NCBI GenBank assembly: GCA_963805625.1
Contig: CAWDVE010000017.1
Coordinates: 128,001 to 192,000, forward strand
Source of the DNA: an uncultured Candidatus Rokubacteria bacterium
Lineage (GTDB): Bacteria; Methylomirabilota; Methylomirabilia; Rokubacteriales; DASRDR01
DNA length: 64,000 bases
Reading direction: 5' to 3'
Position 1 is the first letter of the stretch. Each line of letters opens with the position of its first letter. Shown here piece by piece: positions 39,232-51,438 of this stretch. The notes under the pieces were generated by a model. That model searched no databases and was not told the origin of the DNA. It worked only from the letters and a program-made list of their open reading frames with translations. The position numbers and the translations under genes are program-made.

Positions 39232-42200
39232 TCAGCTGACCGCGCCCCAGGCCCGGACGTGCTCCTCGACCCGCTCCACCCAACGCGGGACGCCGAGCGC
39301 GCGGAAGCGCCGGGCGGCCTCGCCGACATGCGCGGCCGTCGCGCTCGCGTCGCCGCGCGCGTGGGCGAGCATGGCCAGGTCGAACCAGGTTCGGGCGATC
39401 TCGAACTCGGCTCCCACGGCCTCGAAGGCGCCGAGCGCTTCGTGGAGATGGTCCTGAGCATCGCCGAGCGCACCCCGGGCCTGCGCGATGTGGCCGAGCG
39501 CCCGCTCCGCCCACCCGATGCCCTGCGTCGAGCCGGTGGCCCGGGCGTGCTCGAGTCCCTGGCTGGCCAGCTCGAGCGCCGTCTCGAGCCGGTGGGCCCC
39601 CCGGTGCGCCTCGGCCAGGAATGCCGAAAACCAGGCCTGGGGCGAGCGGAAGCGGAACTGGTCAAGCAATCGCAGCGCCTCTTCGAGGCGCGTCATGGCC
39701 GGAGCGAGGTCCCCGCGTTCGAGCCAGGCGAAGCCCAGCCAGCCGAGCGCCAGGGCGGTGTTGAGCGGATCCGGCGAGCGCGTCAGCGCGTCTTCGCAAC
39801 TGCGAATGCCGGCTTCCAGGTCCCCCCGGCACACATGGACTACACCGCTCGCCCAGGCGGCCGAGCTCGCGACCTGTGGGTCACCCACCTCGGTGCCGCG
39901 CGCCATGGCCTGGGCCTGCGCAGCCAGCGCTGCGTCGAACTCGCCGAGGAGCGCGTGGTTCAGCCCGACCGCCCAGTGCGCCGGGCCGATCCACCAAGAC
40001 TCCCCGGCGCGCTCGAGCAGGGCGACGGCCCGCCGGCCGTGCTCGAGGCCATCCCGCGGATGTCCCGACATAACGTCGTGCTGGGCGAGGACGTAGTGGA
40101 TCTTGCCCCGCGTCGCGTCGTCGTCGCATCGCTTGGCTTCCGCCAGGCCCACCTCCAGGTGGTGCGACGCCTGCCGCTGGTCCGCGAGGAAGAGATAGCT
40201 CCGCCCGAGCAGGAGGTGATAGGGGCCGGCCAGACGCGGATCACCAAGGCTCTCGAGGGAACCCTGATGGCGAAGCAGCAGGGAAACGATGTCCTGCAAG
40301 GCGCCCAGCGGCGTCATCGAATAGGCCTGCAGGAGAACGAGCTCGAGGCGGCGTCGATCCTGCTCTGCTGGCGGGAGCCGCTCGACATGGGTGCGGGCCT
40401 CCTCGAGAATCCGGACAGCCTCCGCGAGGGCGTGCGCGCTGACCGCCTGGTTGGCGAGGCGCGTGAGGTAGAGCACGGCCTTGGCCGCCTCATCCGTCCG
40501 GCCATAATGATGCGCGAGCCGATCGTAGACCTCTCCCAGCCGGTCGGCGTACACGGCCTCGAGCGCCCGGGCGATCGCGCCGTGGAGCACGCGGCGGCGG
40601 GCCGGCGGCAGGCTCTCGTAGGCGACGTCACGTGTCAGGCTGTGGGTGAACGCGCAGAGCGGCTCGCCACCCCCCGACTTCGCGTGGAGGAACTCTAGGC
40701 GCATGAGCTCCCGGAGGTTGGAATCCAGCTCTCCCTCCCAGACGGCGTGGAGGAGCGCGAGCGGCACTTCCTGTCCGACGACGGCCGCCGTTTGGAGCAG
40801 ACGGCGCGGCTCGTCGGGCAGGCGGTCGATCCGGGCGAGCAGCACCTCCTGGATGGTGTCGGGCACTGCGAGGCCCGGGGCGGCCTCGACGGCCCCGTCG
40901 ACCACCCGCGACAACTCCTCCAGGAAGAAAGGGTTCCCCTCCGCCTTCTCGAGGATGACCTCGGCGACCCGGTCGGACACCGCGTCGGTGCGGCGAACCG
41001 ACCGCACGACGCTCAGGCTGTCCTCCCGCGACAGCGGCGGAAGCGCGACCTGGGTGACGTACGAGCGGTCCATCCACGGCGCCCGGTAACCCGGCCGATA
41101 GGTCACAATGCACATCGCTGGCGCTCCGGCCGCGCTGTCCATCAGCGTGGTCAAGCACTCCTCCGACGTGGAGTCGATCCAGTGGAGGTCCTCGATGACG
41201 AACAGGATGGGCCGCCGACGCGCCCCCTGCAGCACCAGCTGGCGCAGCGCCTCGAAGGTCCGCGCCTTGACGGCCGAGGTCGTGAGCGCGGCGAGCGCCT
41301 CCGTGCCCTCCGAGATGCCGAACAGACGGAAGACGTACGGGACCGCCCCGGCTGGCTCGATCCCGACTTCCTGGACCCCCGTCCGGATCTTGCCGGCGAT
41401 GACGTCCTGGCTCTCACCCTCGGTGATGCGGAAGTTCGACCGGAGGATGTCGAGAATCGGAAAGTACGGGATGGCGCTGGCGTAGGACTGGCACCACCCC
41501 TCCAGGAACGTCACCCGTCGCTCGGGCTCGCCGAGCAGCCGCTCGCGAAACTCGTGGAGCAGTCGCGACTTCCCAATGCCGGCTTCGCCGAGCAGCCCGA
41601 CGACCTGACCGTGGCCTCTGAGCGCGTCCTCGAGACGGCTCCACAGGAGCCCGAGCTCGCGGGCGCGACCCACGAACATCGGGGCGCGCCGGCCGCGCCC
41701 CGAGCCCGGTCGCTCGGTCGCCACCAGCCGATGCACGGGCCCCGCCGCGCCGGCGCCGTCGACCGGGGCGAGGTCGAAGTGGCGCGCGAGGAAGGCCGCC
41801 GCGGCCTCCTCGACGAGGATCGCGCCTGGCTCGGCGAGTCCGAGGAGCGTGTCGAGCACCGTCCACGCCTCACGCTTGCCATCCAGGTCGACCTGGGCTC
41901 CGCCCCGGGAGGACCCGACGAGCACCCGCCGGACGGCGATTCCCGAGTGGACCCAAATGCCTGCTCCCTCGCCGCCGCTGGCCCGCTCCGCGGCCTTGTG
42001 CACCGCCGTCGCCGCCAGCGCGGCCCGTTGCGGGGCGTCCTCGATCGGCTCCAGCCCGAACGCCGCGACGATGCCCGTCGGGCTCATCTCCTCGATCCGT
42101 CCGCCGAACGTCTGGATCTTCTCGACCAGGGTCTCGAGCGCGCGGCTCGGACTGAACCCGGGATCGGCGTCGGCTGGCAGGACGAGCGCGCTCCGCAGGA

Positions 42201-43374
42201 ACGCGAGCCGTCGGCCCTCCCAGCGGACCGCCAGCGGTGCGATGGACTCGACCGTGGCCGCCGTCGCCCCGGGCGCTCGAGGCGCGGCTGCCTCGAGCGG
42301 GAGCGGGTCCTCGGGCGGGACGGGCTGGTCGGACCGGATCGTGCGGCTTCGCGCGGGTCGGGCCGGCTCCTCGCGCCCCAGGCCGTGCTTCACCATGCGG
42401 TACCGGAGGGTGTCCCGGGAGATCCCCAGACGCGCGGCCGCCCGCGTGACGTTGCCGCCGGTCTGACGCAGGGCCTCGACGAGATGCACCCGCTCCACGC
42501 TGCCCAGCGCCACCGCGAGTGCGGGCGACTCCGGCGCCTTTGGCTCGCCCCGGGCGTCCGTGGCCGCTGGTGCCGCCGGCACGGTGGGCAGCCCAAGGAG
42601 CTCCGCGGTCACCACCGGGGCCTCGGAGAGGAGCGCAACGCGCTCCATCACGTTTGCCAGCTCCCGCACGTTCCCGGGCCACGGATAGGCGAGGAGTGCC
42701 GCCCGGGCGTCCAGCGTGAGACTCCGCGAGGGGAGTCGATACTCCGCGCACGCCCGGCCGAGGAAGTGCTCTGCGAGGAGGAGCACGTCCTCGCCTCGGT
42801 CGCGCAGCGGTGGAATGGTCAGCGTCACCACGGCGAGGCGGTGATAGAGGTCCTCGCGGAATCGTCGCGCATGTGCCGCGCTCGCGAGGTCCTCGTTGCT
42901 GGCCGTGACGATCCAGACGTCGACGGGCTCGCTCCGGGTGCTGCCGAGCCGCCGGACGGCGCGGTCCTCGAGCGCCTTGAGGAGCTTGGCCTGGAGCGCC
43001 TCCGGCAGGAGACCCACCTCGTCCAGGAAGATCGTCCCGTGGTTGGCCGTCTGGAAGAGGCCGGCCTTCGCATGGCGCGCGTCCGTGAAGGCGCCGCGCT
43101 CGTAGCCGAAGAGCTCGGCCTCGAGCAGGGTTTCGGGAATCGCCGCGCAGTTGACGTCGACGAATTGCCCGGAGGATCGAGGCCCCGCACGGTGGAGGGC
43201 CCGCGCGAGCAACCCCTTGCCCACGCCCGTCTCGCCCTGGATCAGGACGGGCGGCAACCGGCCGCGCTCGGACTGCCGCTGGAGAAGCCGCGCCGCCGTC
43301 TCGCGGACCGCGACTATCCCCGGGCTCTCCCCGAGCAACTCGAGCAGGAGAGGCGGTGCCATGGGAGCGCCCAT
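39232..43374 (-). CDS. sigma54 activator fused to a degenerate cyclase-like domain, STAND ATPase and TPRs (paralog 2)
   Basis: GETGVGK, ELFGYERGAFTDA, IFLDEV, WPGNVREL, AAARLGISRDTLRYR; GEAGIGKSRL, EDLHWID, GNPFFLEE, helical repeats. Confidence 0.9.
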   Translation of the reverse strand: MGAPMAPPLLLELLGESPGIVAVRETAARLLQRQSERGRLPPVLIQGETGVGKGLLARALHRAGPRSSGQFVDVNCAAIPETLLEAELFGYERGAFTDARHAKAGLFQTANHGTIFLDEVGLLPEALQAKLLKALEDRAVRRLGSTRSEPVDVWIVTASNEDLASAAHARRFREDLYHRLAVVTLTIPPLRDRGEDVLLLAEHFLGRACAEYRLPSRSLTLDARAALLAYPWPGNVRELANVMERVALLSEAPVVTAELLGLPTVPAAPAATDARGEPKAPESPALAVALGSVERVHLVEALRQTGGNVTRAAARLGISRDTLRYRMVKHGLGREEPARPARSRTIRSDQPVPPEDPLPLEAAAPRAPGATAATVESIAPLAVRWEGRRLAFLRSALVLPADADPGFSPSRALETLVEKIQTFGGRIEEMSPTGIVAAFGLEPIEDAPQRAALAATAVHKAAERASGGEGAGIWVHSGIAVRRVLVGSSRGGAQVDLDGKREAWTVLDTLLGLAEPGAILVEEAAAAFLARHFDLAPVDGAGAAGPVHRLVATERPGSGRGRRAPMFVGRARELGLLWSRLEDALRGHGQVVGLLGEAGIGKSRLLHEFRERLLGEPERRVTFLEGWCQSYASAIPYFPILDILRSNFRITEGESQDVIAGKIRTGVQEVGIEPAGAVPYVFRLFGISEGTEALAALTTSAVKARTFEALRQLVLQGARRRPILFVIEDLHWIDSTSEECLTTLMDSAAGAPAMCIVTYRPGYRAPWMDRSYVTQVALPPLSREDSLSVVRSVRRTDAVSDRVAEVILEKAEGNPFFLEELSRVVDGAVEAAPGLAVPDTIQEVLLARIDRLPDEPRRLLQTAAVVGQEVPLALLHAVWEGELDSNLRELMRLEFLHAKSGGGEPLCAFTHSLTRDVAYESLPPARRRVLHGAIARALEAVYADRLGEVYDRLAHHYGRTDEAAKAVLYLTRLANQAVSAHALAEAVRILEEARTHVERLPPAEQDRRRLELVLLQAYSMTPLGALQDIVSLLLRHQGSLESLGDPRLAGPYHLLLGRSYLFLADQRQASHHLEVGLAEAKRCDDDATRGKIHYVLAQHDVMSGHPRDGLEHGRRAVALLERAGESWWIGPAHWAVGLNHALLGEFDAALAAQAQAMARGTEVGDPQVASSAAWASGVVHVCRGDLEAGIRSCEDALTRSPDPLNTALALGWLGFAWLERGDLAPAMTRLEEALRLLDQFRFRSPQAWFSAFLAEAHRGAHRLETALELASQGLEHARATGSTQGIGWAERALGHIAQARGALGDAQDHLHEALGAFEAVGAEFEIARTWFDLAMLAHARGDASATAAHVGEAARRFRALGVPRWVERVEEHVRAWGAVS

Positions 43375-43456
43375 CCTACTCCGGCCGAGCGCCCAAGCTC
43401 AACCGGTGCCCTGGCTGACCCAAGCGCGTCTCGCCCGTGACTCGAGGCGACGGATT

Positions 43457-43490
43457 TTCCCCCACCGTTGCCGTGTCCCCACCCGGTGGG
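43457..43490 (+). promoter_or_regulatory. Candidate enhancer (UAS): two CCCCACC copies
   Basis: CCCCACC at 43460 and 43477; the second copy ends 67 bp before the sigma54 box (66 bp at paralog 1). Confidence 0.45.
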
Positions 43491-43549
43491 TCACGTACCT
43501 CATCGATGGCGTGATCCGTAAGTACATGCTGTGAATCAGTTTTCATCGA

Positions 43550-43564
43550 TGGCACTGAGGTTGC
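43550..43564 (+). promoter_or_regulatory. sigma54 -24/-12 promoter
   Basis: TGGCACTGAGGTTGC, near-perfect consensus, preceded by an AT-rich patch. Confidence 0.82.
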
Positions 43565-43668
43565 CCCACCTTGGGCCAGTGGCGACGGCTCGAAGGCGTT
43601 GCCGGGGGAGGGCGGGGATGGCCGGATGCAGCGTGGTGGTCGTGGATGAGCCCGGGCTGGAGACCACC

Positions 43669-44763
43669 ATGCCGAGCATGCCCTGGGGGAGGCTCCTCCT
43701 GGGTGGGCTCGGTTTCCTGGCGCTGACAGTGGGCGCGTTCTGGTGGCTGTTCGCCCGGGTCCCGGGCGACCATGCGGCGCCGCTCCTGGGAGATCTGCGC
43801 TGGGGCTACTTCATCCTCCTGCTCCTGGCCCTGCCGGTCGAGAGCGTGACCTCGGCCGCGCGGATCTGGCTCATCTGCCGCGTGCTCCACCCGGGCGTCT
43901 CGTTCTGGGCGTGCATCCAGTCCGAGCTCGCCAACATCGGGATCTCGATCCTCACGCCATCGCAGTCGGGTGGTGGCGCAGGCCAGGTCTACATGCTCAC
44001 CCGCAGCGGGGTGAGCGTCGGCACCGGGCTCACCGCGACCCTCATCTCGTTCATGGGGACGATGGTGGGGCTTCTCCTGATGGGGCTCTACTCGCTCCTG
44101 ATCTCCGGGGTGGGGGCCAGCGGGTTCGTCTTCCTCGCCCCGGTGTGGACGCTGACGGCAATCGCCGCCGCGCTCCTCCTCGGGGCCACCTGGCCGGATC
44201 TCTGCCGCATCGCGCTGGCCGCGCTCTCGCGGACGGTCTGGCGCCTGCTGCGCCGGCCCGGGGCCGTCATCGACTGGTGGCCCCCTGGCGCGCCTCGCTC
44301 GGGTCCCGCCGTCGACCGGATGGACGCCACGATGGCCCGACTGGTGGACCTTCTCTACACCTACCGCGAGGACGCCCGGCGCTTTCTTCGCCACGGCAAG
44401 GCGTGCTTCGCGGCGGTCTGCCTGCTCAGCCTGAGCTTTCTCCTGGCGCGGGCCCTCATGCCGTATCTCTGCGCGCGCTTCCTCGGAGTCGAGGGTGGGT
44501 CCTTGCGCCAGATCGTGGAGGCGCAGATGGCCCTCATCTTCCTGGTCTTCTTCGCCCCGACCCCGGGAGGCGCGGGCATCGCCGAGGGAGCCTCGCTCTC
44601 GATCATGGCGGACATCGTGCCCCCCGGCATCGCGCCTTACTACAACCTGCTCTGGCGATTCTCGACGACCTACCTCGCCGCCCTGGCGGGGTTCCTGTGT
44701 CTCGGCCGGGCCCTCGCCCGGGATGCGTCCAGGATCACGCCCCGTCAACCCGAGCCGCGGTGA
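43669..44763 (+). CDS. Lysylphosphatidylglycerol synthase TM-domain (UPF0104, flippase-like) protein
   Basis: LTPSQSGGG, APTPGGAGIAEG and LLWRFSTTY motifs; about 8 TMs; start uncertain. Confidence 0.8.
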   Translation: MPSMPWGRLLLGGLGFLALTVGAFWWLFARVPGDHAAPLLGDLRWGYFILLLLALPVESVTSAARIWLICRVLHPGVSFWACIQSELANIGISILTPSQSGGGAGQVYMLTRSGVSVGTGLTATLISFMGTMVGLLLMGLYSLLISGVGASGFVFLAPVWTLTAIAAALLLGATWPDLCRIALAALSRTVWRLLRRPGAVIDWWPPGAPRSGPAVDRMDATMARLVDLLYTYREDARRFLRHGKACFAAVCLLSLSFLLARALMPYLCARFLGVEGGSLRQIVEAQMALIFLVFFAPTPGGAGIAEGASLSIMADIVPPGIAPYYNLLWRFSTTYLAALAGFLCLGRALARDASRITPRQPEPR

Positions 44764-44791
44764 TCCCGCGCACGAACGGAGGGCTCGAGCC

Positions 44792-45379
44792 ATGACCATC
44801 ACCGACTTCGCCGTGCACCTGGTCCTGGGTACGATCCTCATCATCGGGGCCTACCAGTTCTACTTCTGGTGCCAGCGAAACCCCCTCAGGCCGGTCCGAG
44901 AGTTCCGGCTCTCCCTCGATGACCGCATCCCCTACTGGCCCGCGTGGGTCTGGATCTACAGCTTCCTCTACTACCCGGTCATCCTCTACACGACCTGGGT
45001 GGTCGATTCGTCCCGCGAGTTCGTCTACCTCGCAGTGAGCTTCCTGGGGCTTCTCGCCATGCAGATGGCCTTCTTCCTCGTGTTCCCGGTTGCGACGCCC
45101 GAGTCCTGGCGCGCCATCAACCGCCGGCGGACGTGGTCGGAGCGGTTTCTCGCGTTCGTCCAGCGGTTCGACGCCCGGTCGAACAGCTTCCCGAGCATGC
45201 ACACCTCCGTGGCGATGCTGACGGCCCTCTACCTCCAGCCACACTTCGGCACGTGGGTCTTCGGCTTCCCGACGCTGATCGGACTTTCGTGCCTGTTCAC
45301 CAAGCAGCACTACCTGGTCGACCTGCCCGCGGGGGCCGCGCTCGGCTTGCTCGCGTATCGCTTCTTTGCCATCGCGTGA
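44792..45379 (+). CDS. PAP2-family phosphatase/phosphotransferase (Aur1/IPC-synthase-like)
   Basis: LDDRIP, NSFPSMHTS, KQHYLVDL catalytic motifs; multiple TMs. Confidence 0.85.
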   Translation: MTITDFAVHLVLGTILIIGAYQFYFWCQRNPLRPVREFRLSLDDRIPYWPAWVWIYSFLYYPVILYTTWVVDSSREFVYLAVSFLGLLAMQMAFFLVFPVATPESWRAINRRRTWSERFLAFVQRFDARSNSFPSMHTSVAMLTALYLQPHFGTWVFGFPTLIGLSCLFTKQHYLVDLPAGAALGLLAYRFFAIA

Positions 45380-45392
45380 GAAGGGCCCAGCC

Positions 45393-45899
45393 ATGACCCT
45401 GCGCGCAGGCATCGAAGGTCTGTTCGAGATGCAGGTGACCCAGCTCGCCGCGTCCCGGGAGTTCCGGGCGCTGGAGAGCGGGAGCACCCCGCCGGCCGAT
45501 TACGACCGGTTCCTCGGCGACGTCGTACGGACGCACCTCCGGGCGACGGAGTTCGTCGCTTTCCTCTGCGCGCTGGCGCCGCCCGCGACGAGCGAGAGCC
45601 GTCTGCGGAACCTCCTGGAGGAGCTTCATCACCCCGGACTCCTGCGGCAGCTGGCCGCGGGCGCGGGACTGGGCGACCGGCTGCCCGAGCTGGAGGCCCT
45701 GGCCGCCGCCGACGTCCGTCGCCTCGTCGTCGAGCCGGTGCTCTACCGGACGCTCGGCGAGGTGGGGCTCGCCGCGTTCTGCGAGGACGAGGACGGGCTG
45801 GCCATCGCCGAGCTGACCTTGCGGGAGAACGTGTTCCTCCGGCGGTACTTCCGGGACGGAACGCTCGCGGGAGTGGAGGGCACGCCGTGCGGCTCGTAA
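45393..45899 (+). CDS. Heme-oxygenase-like (TenA/PqqC/HDO) protein, apparently shortened
   Basis: All-helical; NLLEEL-HHP metal-ligand-like motif; the second His/Glu cluster appears to be missing. Confidence 0.45.
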   Translation: MTLRAGIEGLFEMQVTQLAASREFRALESGSTPPADYDRFLGDVVRTHLRATEFVAFLCALAPPATSESRLRNLLEELHHPGLLRQLAAGAGLGDRLPELEALAAADVRRLVVEPVLYRTLGEVGLAAFCEDEDGLAIAELTLRENVFLRRYFRDGTLAGVEGTPCGS

Positions 45900-47029
45900 G
45901 CGCGACGGTCTATGCCCTCAGGATCCCGTTCCTCACGTCCGTTCGCCACAGCCTCGGAAACCGGACGTGGAGCGACTCCGTGGTCGTCCGCGTCCTGGAT
46001 GCGGACGGTGTCGAGGGGTTCGGGGAGGCGGCTCCGCGGCCCTACGTCACCGGCGAGACGCCCGCCGCCGTCGTCGAGCACCTGGCGCGGGTCCTCTGGC
46101 CGGTTGTCCGCGGGGCCGCGTTGCCCGATCTCGGGAGTCCCGCGGACCTCGAGGCCATGGAGCGGCTCGTGCCCGACGGCGGGCCGGCGGCGGGGCGCCA
46201 TCACGCCGCGCGCTCGGCGCTGGAGCTGGCGCTTGTCGACCGGGCGCTCCGGTACCGGGGCGCCTCGGCGGCGACCCTCCTTCCGCCGCTCCGCAGCCAG
46301 GTCGTCTACGGAGGGGCGATCACCGCGGAGTCGCCCGATCGCGCGGCCCGGCAGGCGCGCTGGGCGCGGCTGGCCGGCCTCCGACAGGTGAAGGTCAAGG
46401 TCGGGGTGGGCGACGACGGCGCCCGCGTCGACGCGGTGCGGGACGTTCTGGGTCCCGACGTGACGATCAGAGCGGACGCCAACGGTGCCTGGACGCCCGT
46501 CGAGGCCCGGGCCGCGGTGATTCGACTCGCCCGGTGCGGAGTCGCCAGCGTGGAGCAGCCGATTCCACCCGGCTCCCCCTGGATCCTGGCCCGCCTCCGG
46601 GCGGAGTGCCCGCTTCCCCTGGTGGCGGACGAGTCCCTCGTGACCCCGGCCGATCTGGAGGCCCTCATCGCGGCGGGCGCGGTGGACGCCGTCAACGTGC
46701 GCGTCTCGAAGTGCGGTGGCTTCGCGCGATCCGTGGCGATGGCCCGCCGCGCGGCGGCGGCCGGCCTTGAGGTCCAGGTGGGAAGCCACGTGGGTGAGAC
46801 GGCCGTCCTCGCGGCGGCTGGCCGCCACCTCGCCGCCGGGCTTGAGACCCCGGTCTTCGTGGAAGGGTCGTACGGTACGCTCCTGCTCGTCGAGGACGTG
46901 TCGGACGACGGTCTACGATTCGGCCACCGTGGCGAGGCGCCGCTCTTGACCGGACCGGGCTGGGGCGTCCGCGTGCGAGTGGACCGGCTTCGCCGACACG
47001 CCCAAGCGGTTGTCGAGCTGGCGGCGTAG
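45887..47029 (+). CDS. Enolase superfamily enzyme (MLE / dipeptide epimerase subgroup)
   Basis: GFGEAAPRPYVTGET, KVKVG, DANG, EQP, ADES, SKCGG. Confidence 0.88.
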   Translation: MRLVSATVYALRIPFLTSVRHSLGNRTWSDSVVVRVLDADGVEGFGEAAPRPYVTGETPAAVVEHLARVLWPVVRGAALPDLGSPADLEAMERLVPDGGPAAGRHHAARSALELALVDRALRYRGASAATLLPPLRSQVVYGGAITAESPDRAARQARWARLAGLRQVKVKVGVGDDGARVDAVRDVLGPDVTIRADANGAWTPVEARAAVIRLARCGVASVEQPIPPGSPWILARLRAECPLPLVADESLVTPADLEALIAAGAVDAVNVRVSKCGGFARSVAMARRAAAAGLEVQVGSHVGETAVLAAAGRHLAAGLETPVFVEGSYGTLLLVEDVSDDGLRFGHRGEAPLLTGPGWGVRVRVDRLRRHAQAVVELAA

Positions 47030-47041
47030 GGCGAGGTCCGG

Positions 47042-47691
47042 ATGGGCACCTTGCTCAGGGCCGGGCTTCGACTCCGGGAGTGGAGGCACGACGTCCGCTT
47101 CGAGCGGGCCACGGCGGGGCCCGCTCGCGCGCAGGCGACGGCGCTCCAGGCGCTTCTCCAGCGGAATGCCCGGACGGCCTTCGGCCGGGAGCAAACCTTC
47201 GTCGAGGTCCGCGGGTATCACCGCCGGACACCCCTGGTCGCCTTCGTCCGAAAGGGCCGGGACACGACGAGCATCACCGGGGAGAAGCTCCACCTCAATC
47301 ACGTCCGGGCCGCGGTTCGAGCGGCCGAGGACGCGACGCAGGTCGAGGTCTGGCAGTTCCGCCTGATTCCCGACGTCGAGACCTGTCGCTAAGACCTGCT
47401 CGTCGAGCCGCGCGGGGCCGGCCTCGACGCGCTCGGGGCCGAGGCATTCGCGCGGTCGGTCGACGAGGCGCTCGGCCGGACAACGTGGAGTACGCGGCGA
47501 AGCGACGCTCCCGCCGGCTCGGGCCTCCGCGCCTCTGCGTCATGCGGGCGGGGTGGGCCGAGCGACAGTGCCAGGCCGAATTCGCCCGGGGCCGGCGGGA
47601 AGTGCAGCACAAGTGGCCGGCGATCCAGCCCGCGTGGGATCGCGAGAGCCGCGGCGAGGTCGTCCGAATCTGGGGGGAGGGAGCCGCGTGA
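47042..47691 (+). pseudogene. GH3-family acyl-adenylate/amide synthetase, internally deleted and interrupted
   Basis: N-term Q..LL.RNA.TAFGR joined directly to C-term TPLVAFVRKG..SITGEKL; TAA at 47390-47392; frameshift before NVEYAAKR.S.RL; C-terminal QHKWP. Confidence 0.75.
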
Positions 47692-48369
47692 CGAGAGAGA
47701 CAGCCCGGCGGGCGGGTCAAGCGCTCCTCTGGTGGGGTGTCGTCGGCGGGCCGATTCTCGCGTGGTGGCCCGGGGCGCTGCGGCTGCCCGCGCTCTGGGC
47801 GGTCGTCGTCCTCGGCGTGCTGGCGAACGCGCTCCAGCCGTCCTACCGATTCCGGGACACCGCCCGGTCACCGGAGGATGGCGGCACATTCCGTCAGATC
47901 ATGCTCACCGTCTATGGGAGCCAGGCGGCCGCACTCGTCGAGCTCGTCCTCCGCCGGCCCGCGGGGCTGCCCTTCGACGCGCTGGGCATGGGCGCCCTCC
48001 TGGCGATGGGCGCGGGCCTCGCCCTCCGGACGTGGGCGATCGCCACGCTCGGCGGCTGGTTCACGCTGCGCGTGGCCATGGAACCCGCGCAGCGCCTGGT
48101 TGACGAGGGGCCGTACCGCCTGATGCGCCATCCGAGCTACGCGGGAGCATTCCTCGCCTTCGTCGCGAGTGCGGTCCTGCTGCGCGCGTGGGTGGCGACG
48201 GCCCTGGGCGCGGTGGCCCTCTACTTGGCCTTCCGGCGCCGGATCCACCACGAGGAGCGAGTGCTGGCGGCGGGCCTGCCTGGCTACCGGGCCTACATGA
48301 CGCGGACGGGTGCGCTTTTGCCGCGTCTCGGACCCTGGTCCGCCCGGCGGGCGCCGGCCACCGAGCGGG

Positions 48370-49347
<978 letters not shown>

Positions 49348-49362
49348 CGCGGTGTCCTCTCC

Positions 49363-50337
<975 letters not shown>

Positions 50338-50411
50338 GAGAGCTCCTTGTCAGCAGCCTGCCGTGATGTCGCGGGTCACGCAGCGGATGGAGGCGTCGCG
50401 CATCCGGAGCC

Positions 50412-51203
50412 TCAGGCGCCGCGGGCGGCTTGCCGCTCGCGCGCCCGGCGCGACCACTCGCTCGCGGGGAACTCGTCGACCAGGCGCTTCAGGACGGATG
50501 CCGCCTCGTCCGAGCGGCCCAGCCGGACCAAGGCGTCGGCCTTCTGGTAGAGGGCCTCGGGCGCGGCCTGGGTCCGGCCGTAGTCCTTGATTACCGTGTC
50601 GAACCGAGGTAGCGCCGCCTCGTACTTCCCCTGACGCACGTAGAACGCCGCGATCCACAGCTCCTTCTGGGCCAGTCGCAGGCGGCATGCCTCGATCTTG
50701 ACGATGGCGTCGGGGGCGTAACGGCTCTCGGGGTAGAGGCGGATCAGCTTCTGGAACTCGGTGAGCGCCTGGGCGGTGAGCTTCTGGTCCCGCTCCACGG
50801 TCGGCATCTGGTCGAAGTAGGTTCGCGCGAGCCGGTACTGGCCGAGGTCCGCGATCTGGTTGCTCGGATAGAGAGTGACGAAGGTCTCGAACTCCGGCCC
50901 GGCCTTCTCGTAGTCCTTGTTCCGGAAGTAGCTCTCTCCGATCAGGAAGCGAGCCACCGGAGCCAGATCCGACTCCGGGTGTCGCTCGACGAGCCACGAG
51001 AACTGCTCGCGGGCCTGCGGGTACTTCTCCTGGAGGAGGAGCCGCTCCCCGTCTTCGTAGAGCTTCGCGGCGGGAGCGACGGTGGTCGGACGGCCGCCGA
51101 AAAGGGTGCAGCCCGAGAGCAGGAGAACAACGGCAGCGAGAGCGAGTGCTCCTCGCCGGAACGGCCGTCGTCTCGAATCGCTTGAGCGCTTGAGGATGAG
51201 CAC
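50412..51203 (-). CDS. bamD: Outer membrane protein assembly factor BamD
   Basis: Lipobox LLSGC, TPRs, ERDQ motif, YPESRYA, LAQKEL.IA.FY. Confidence 0.85.
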   Translation of the reverse strand: MLILKRSSDSRRRPFRRGALALAAVVLLLSGCTLFGGRPTTVAPAAKLYEDGERLLLQEKYPQAREQFSWLVERHPESDLAPVARFLIGESYFRNKDYEKAGPEFETFVTLYPSNQIADLGQYRLARTYFDQMPTVERDQKLTAQALTEFQKLIRLYPESRYAPDAIVKIEACRLRLAQKELWIAAFYVRQGKYEAALPRFDTVIKDYGRTQAAPEALYQKADALVRLGRSDEAASVLKRLVDEFPASEWSRRARERQAARGA

Positions 51204-51228
51204 GCGCCTCCCGTGCGGTGAGTACGCT

Positions 51229-51257
51229 ATCCTAGGAGGCGCCTTCGATCAAGTCAA
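51229..51257 (-). promoter_or_regulatory. Putative sigma70 promoter for bamD
   Basis: Minus strand TTGACT-17 bp-TAGGAT. Confidence 0.5.
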
Positions 51258-51438
51258 GGCCAAAGTCCCGCATTTTCGGGCCTTGCGGGGGCCCGGCGCC
51301 TGAGGTATAGGCATGCTCGGGACCGCAGAGCGGGCCCCCTGCCGTCCCGCAATCCTCTATCATGGGAGATGGCTGGGCGCGGGGGCAGCGCCGGCCCGAG
51401 TGACCGCACCGGCGCAAGGAGGCCCAGCGGTGGCAAGG

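Noticed and set aside
27535-43374. Calling the STAND proteins Avs-type anti-phage effectors or active adenylate cyclases
   Set aside because: The N-terminal module is a sigma54 activator, not a nuclease/TIR/Sir2 effector, and the cyclase metal-binding aspartates are absent; a defence role is possible but unsupported
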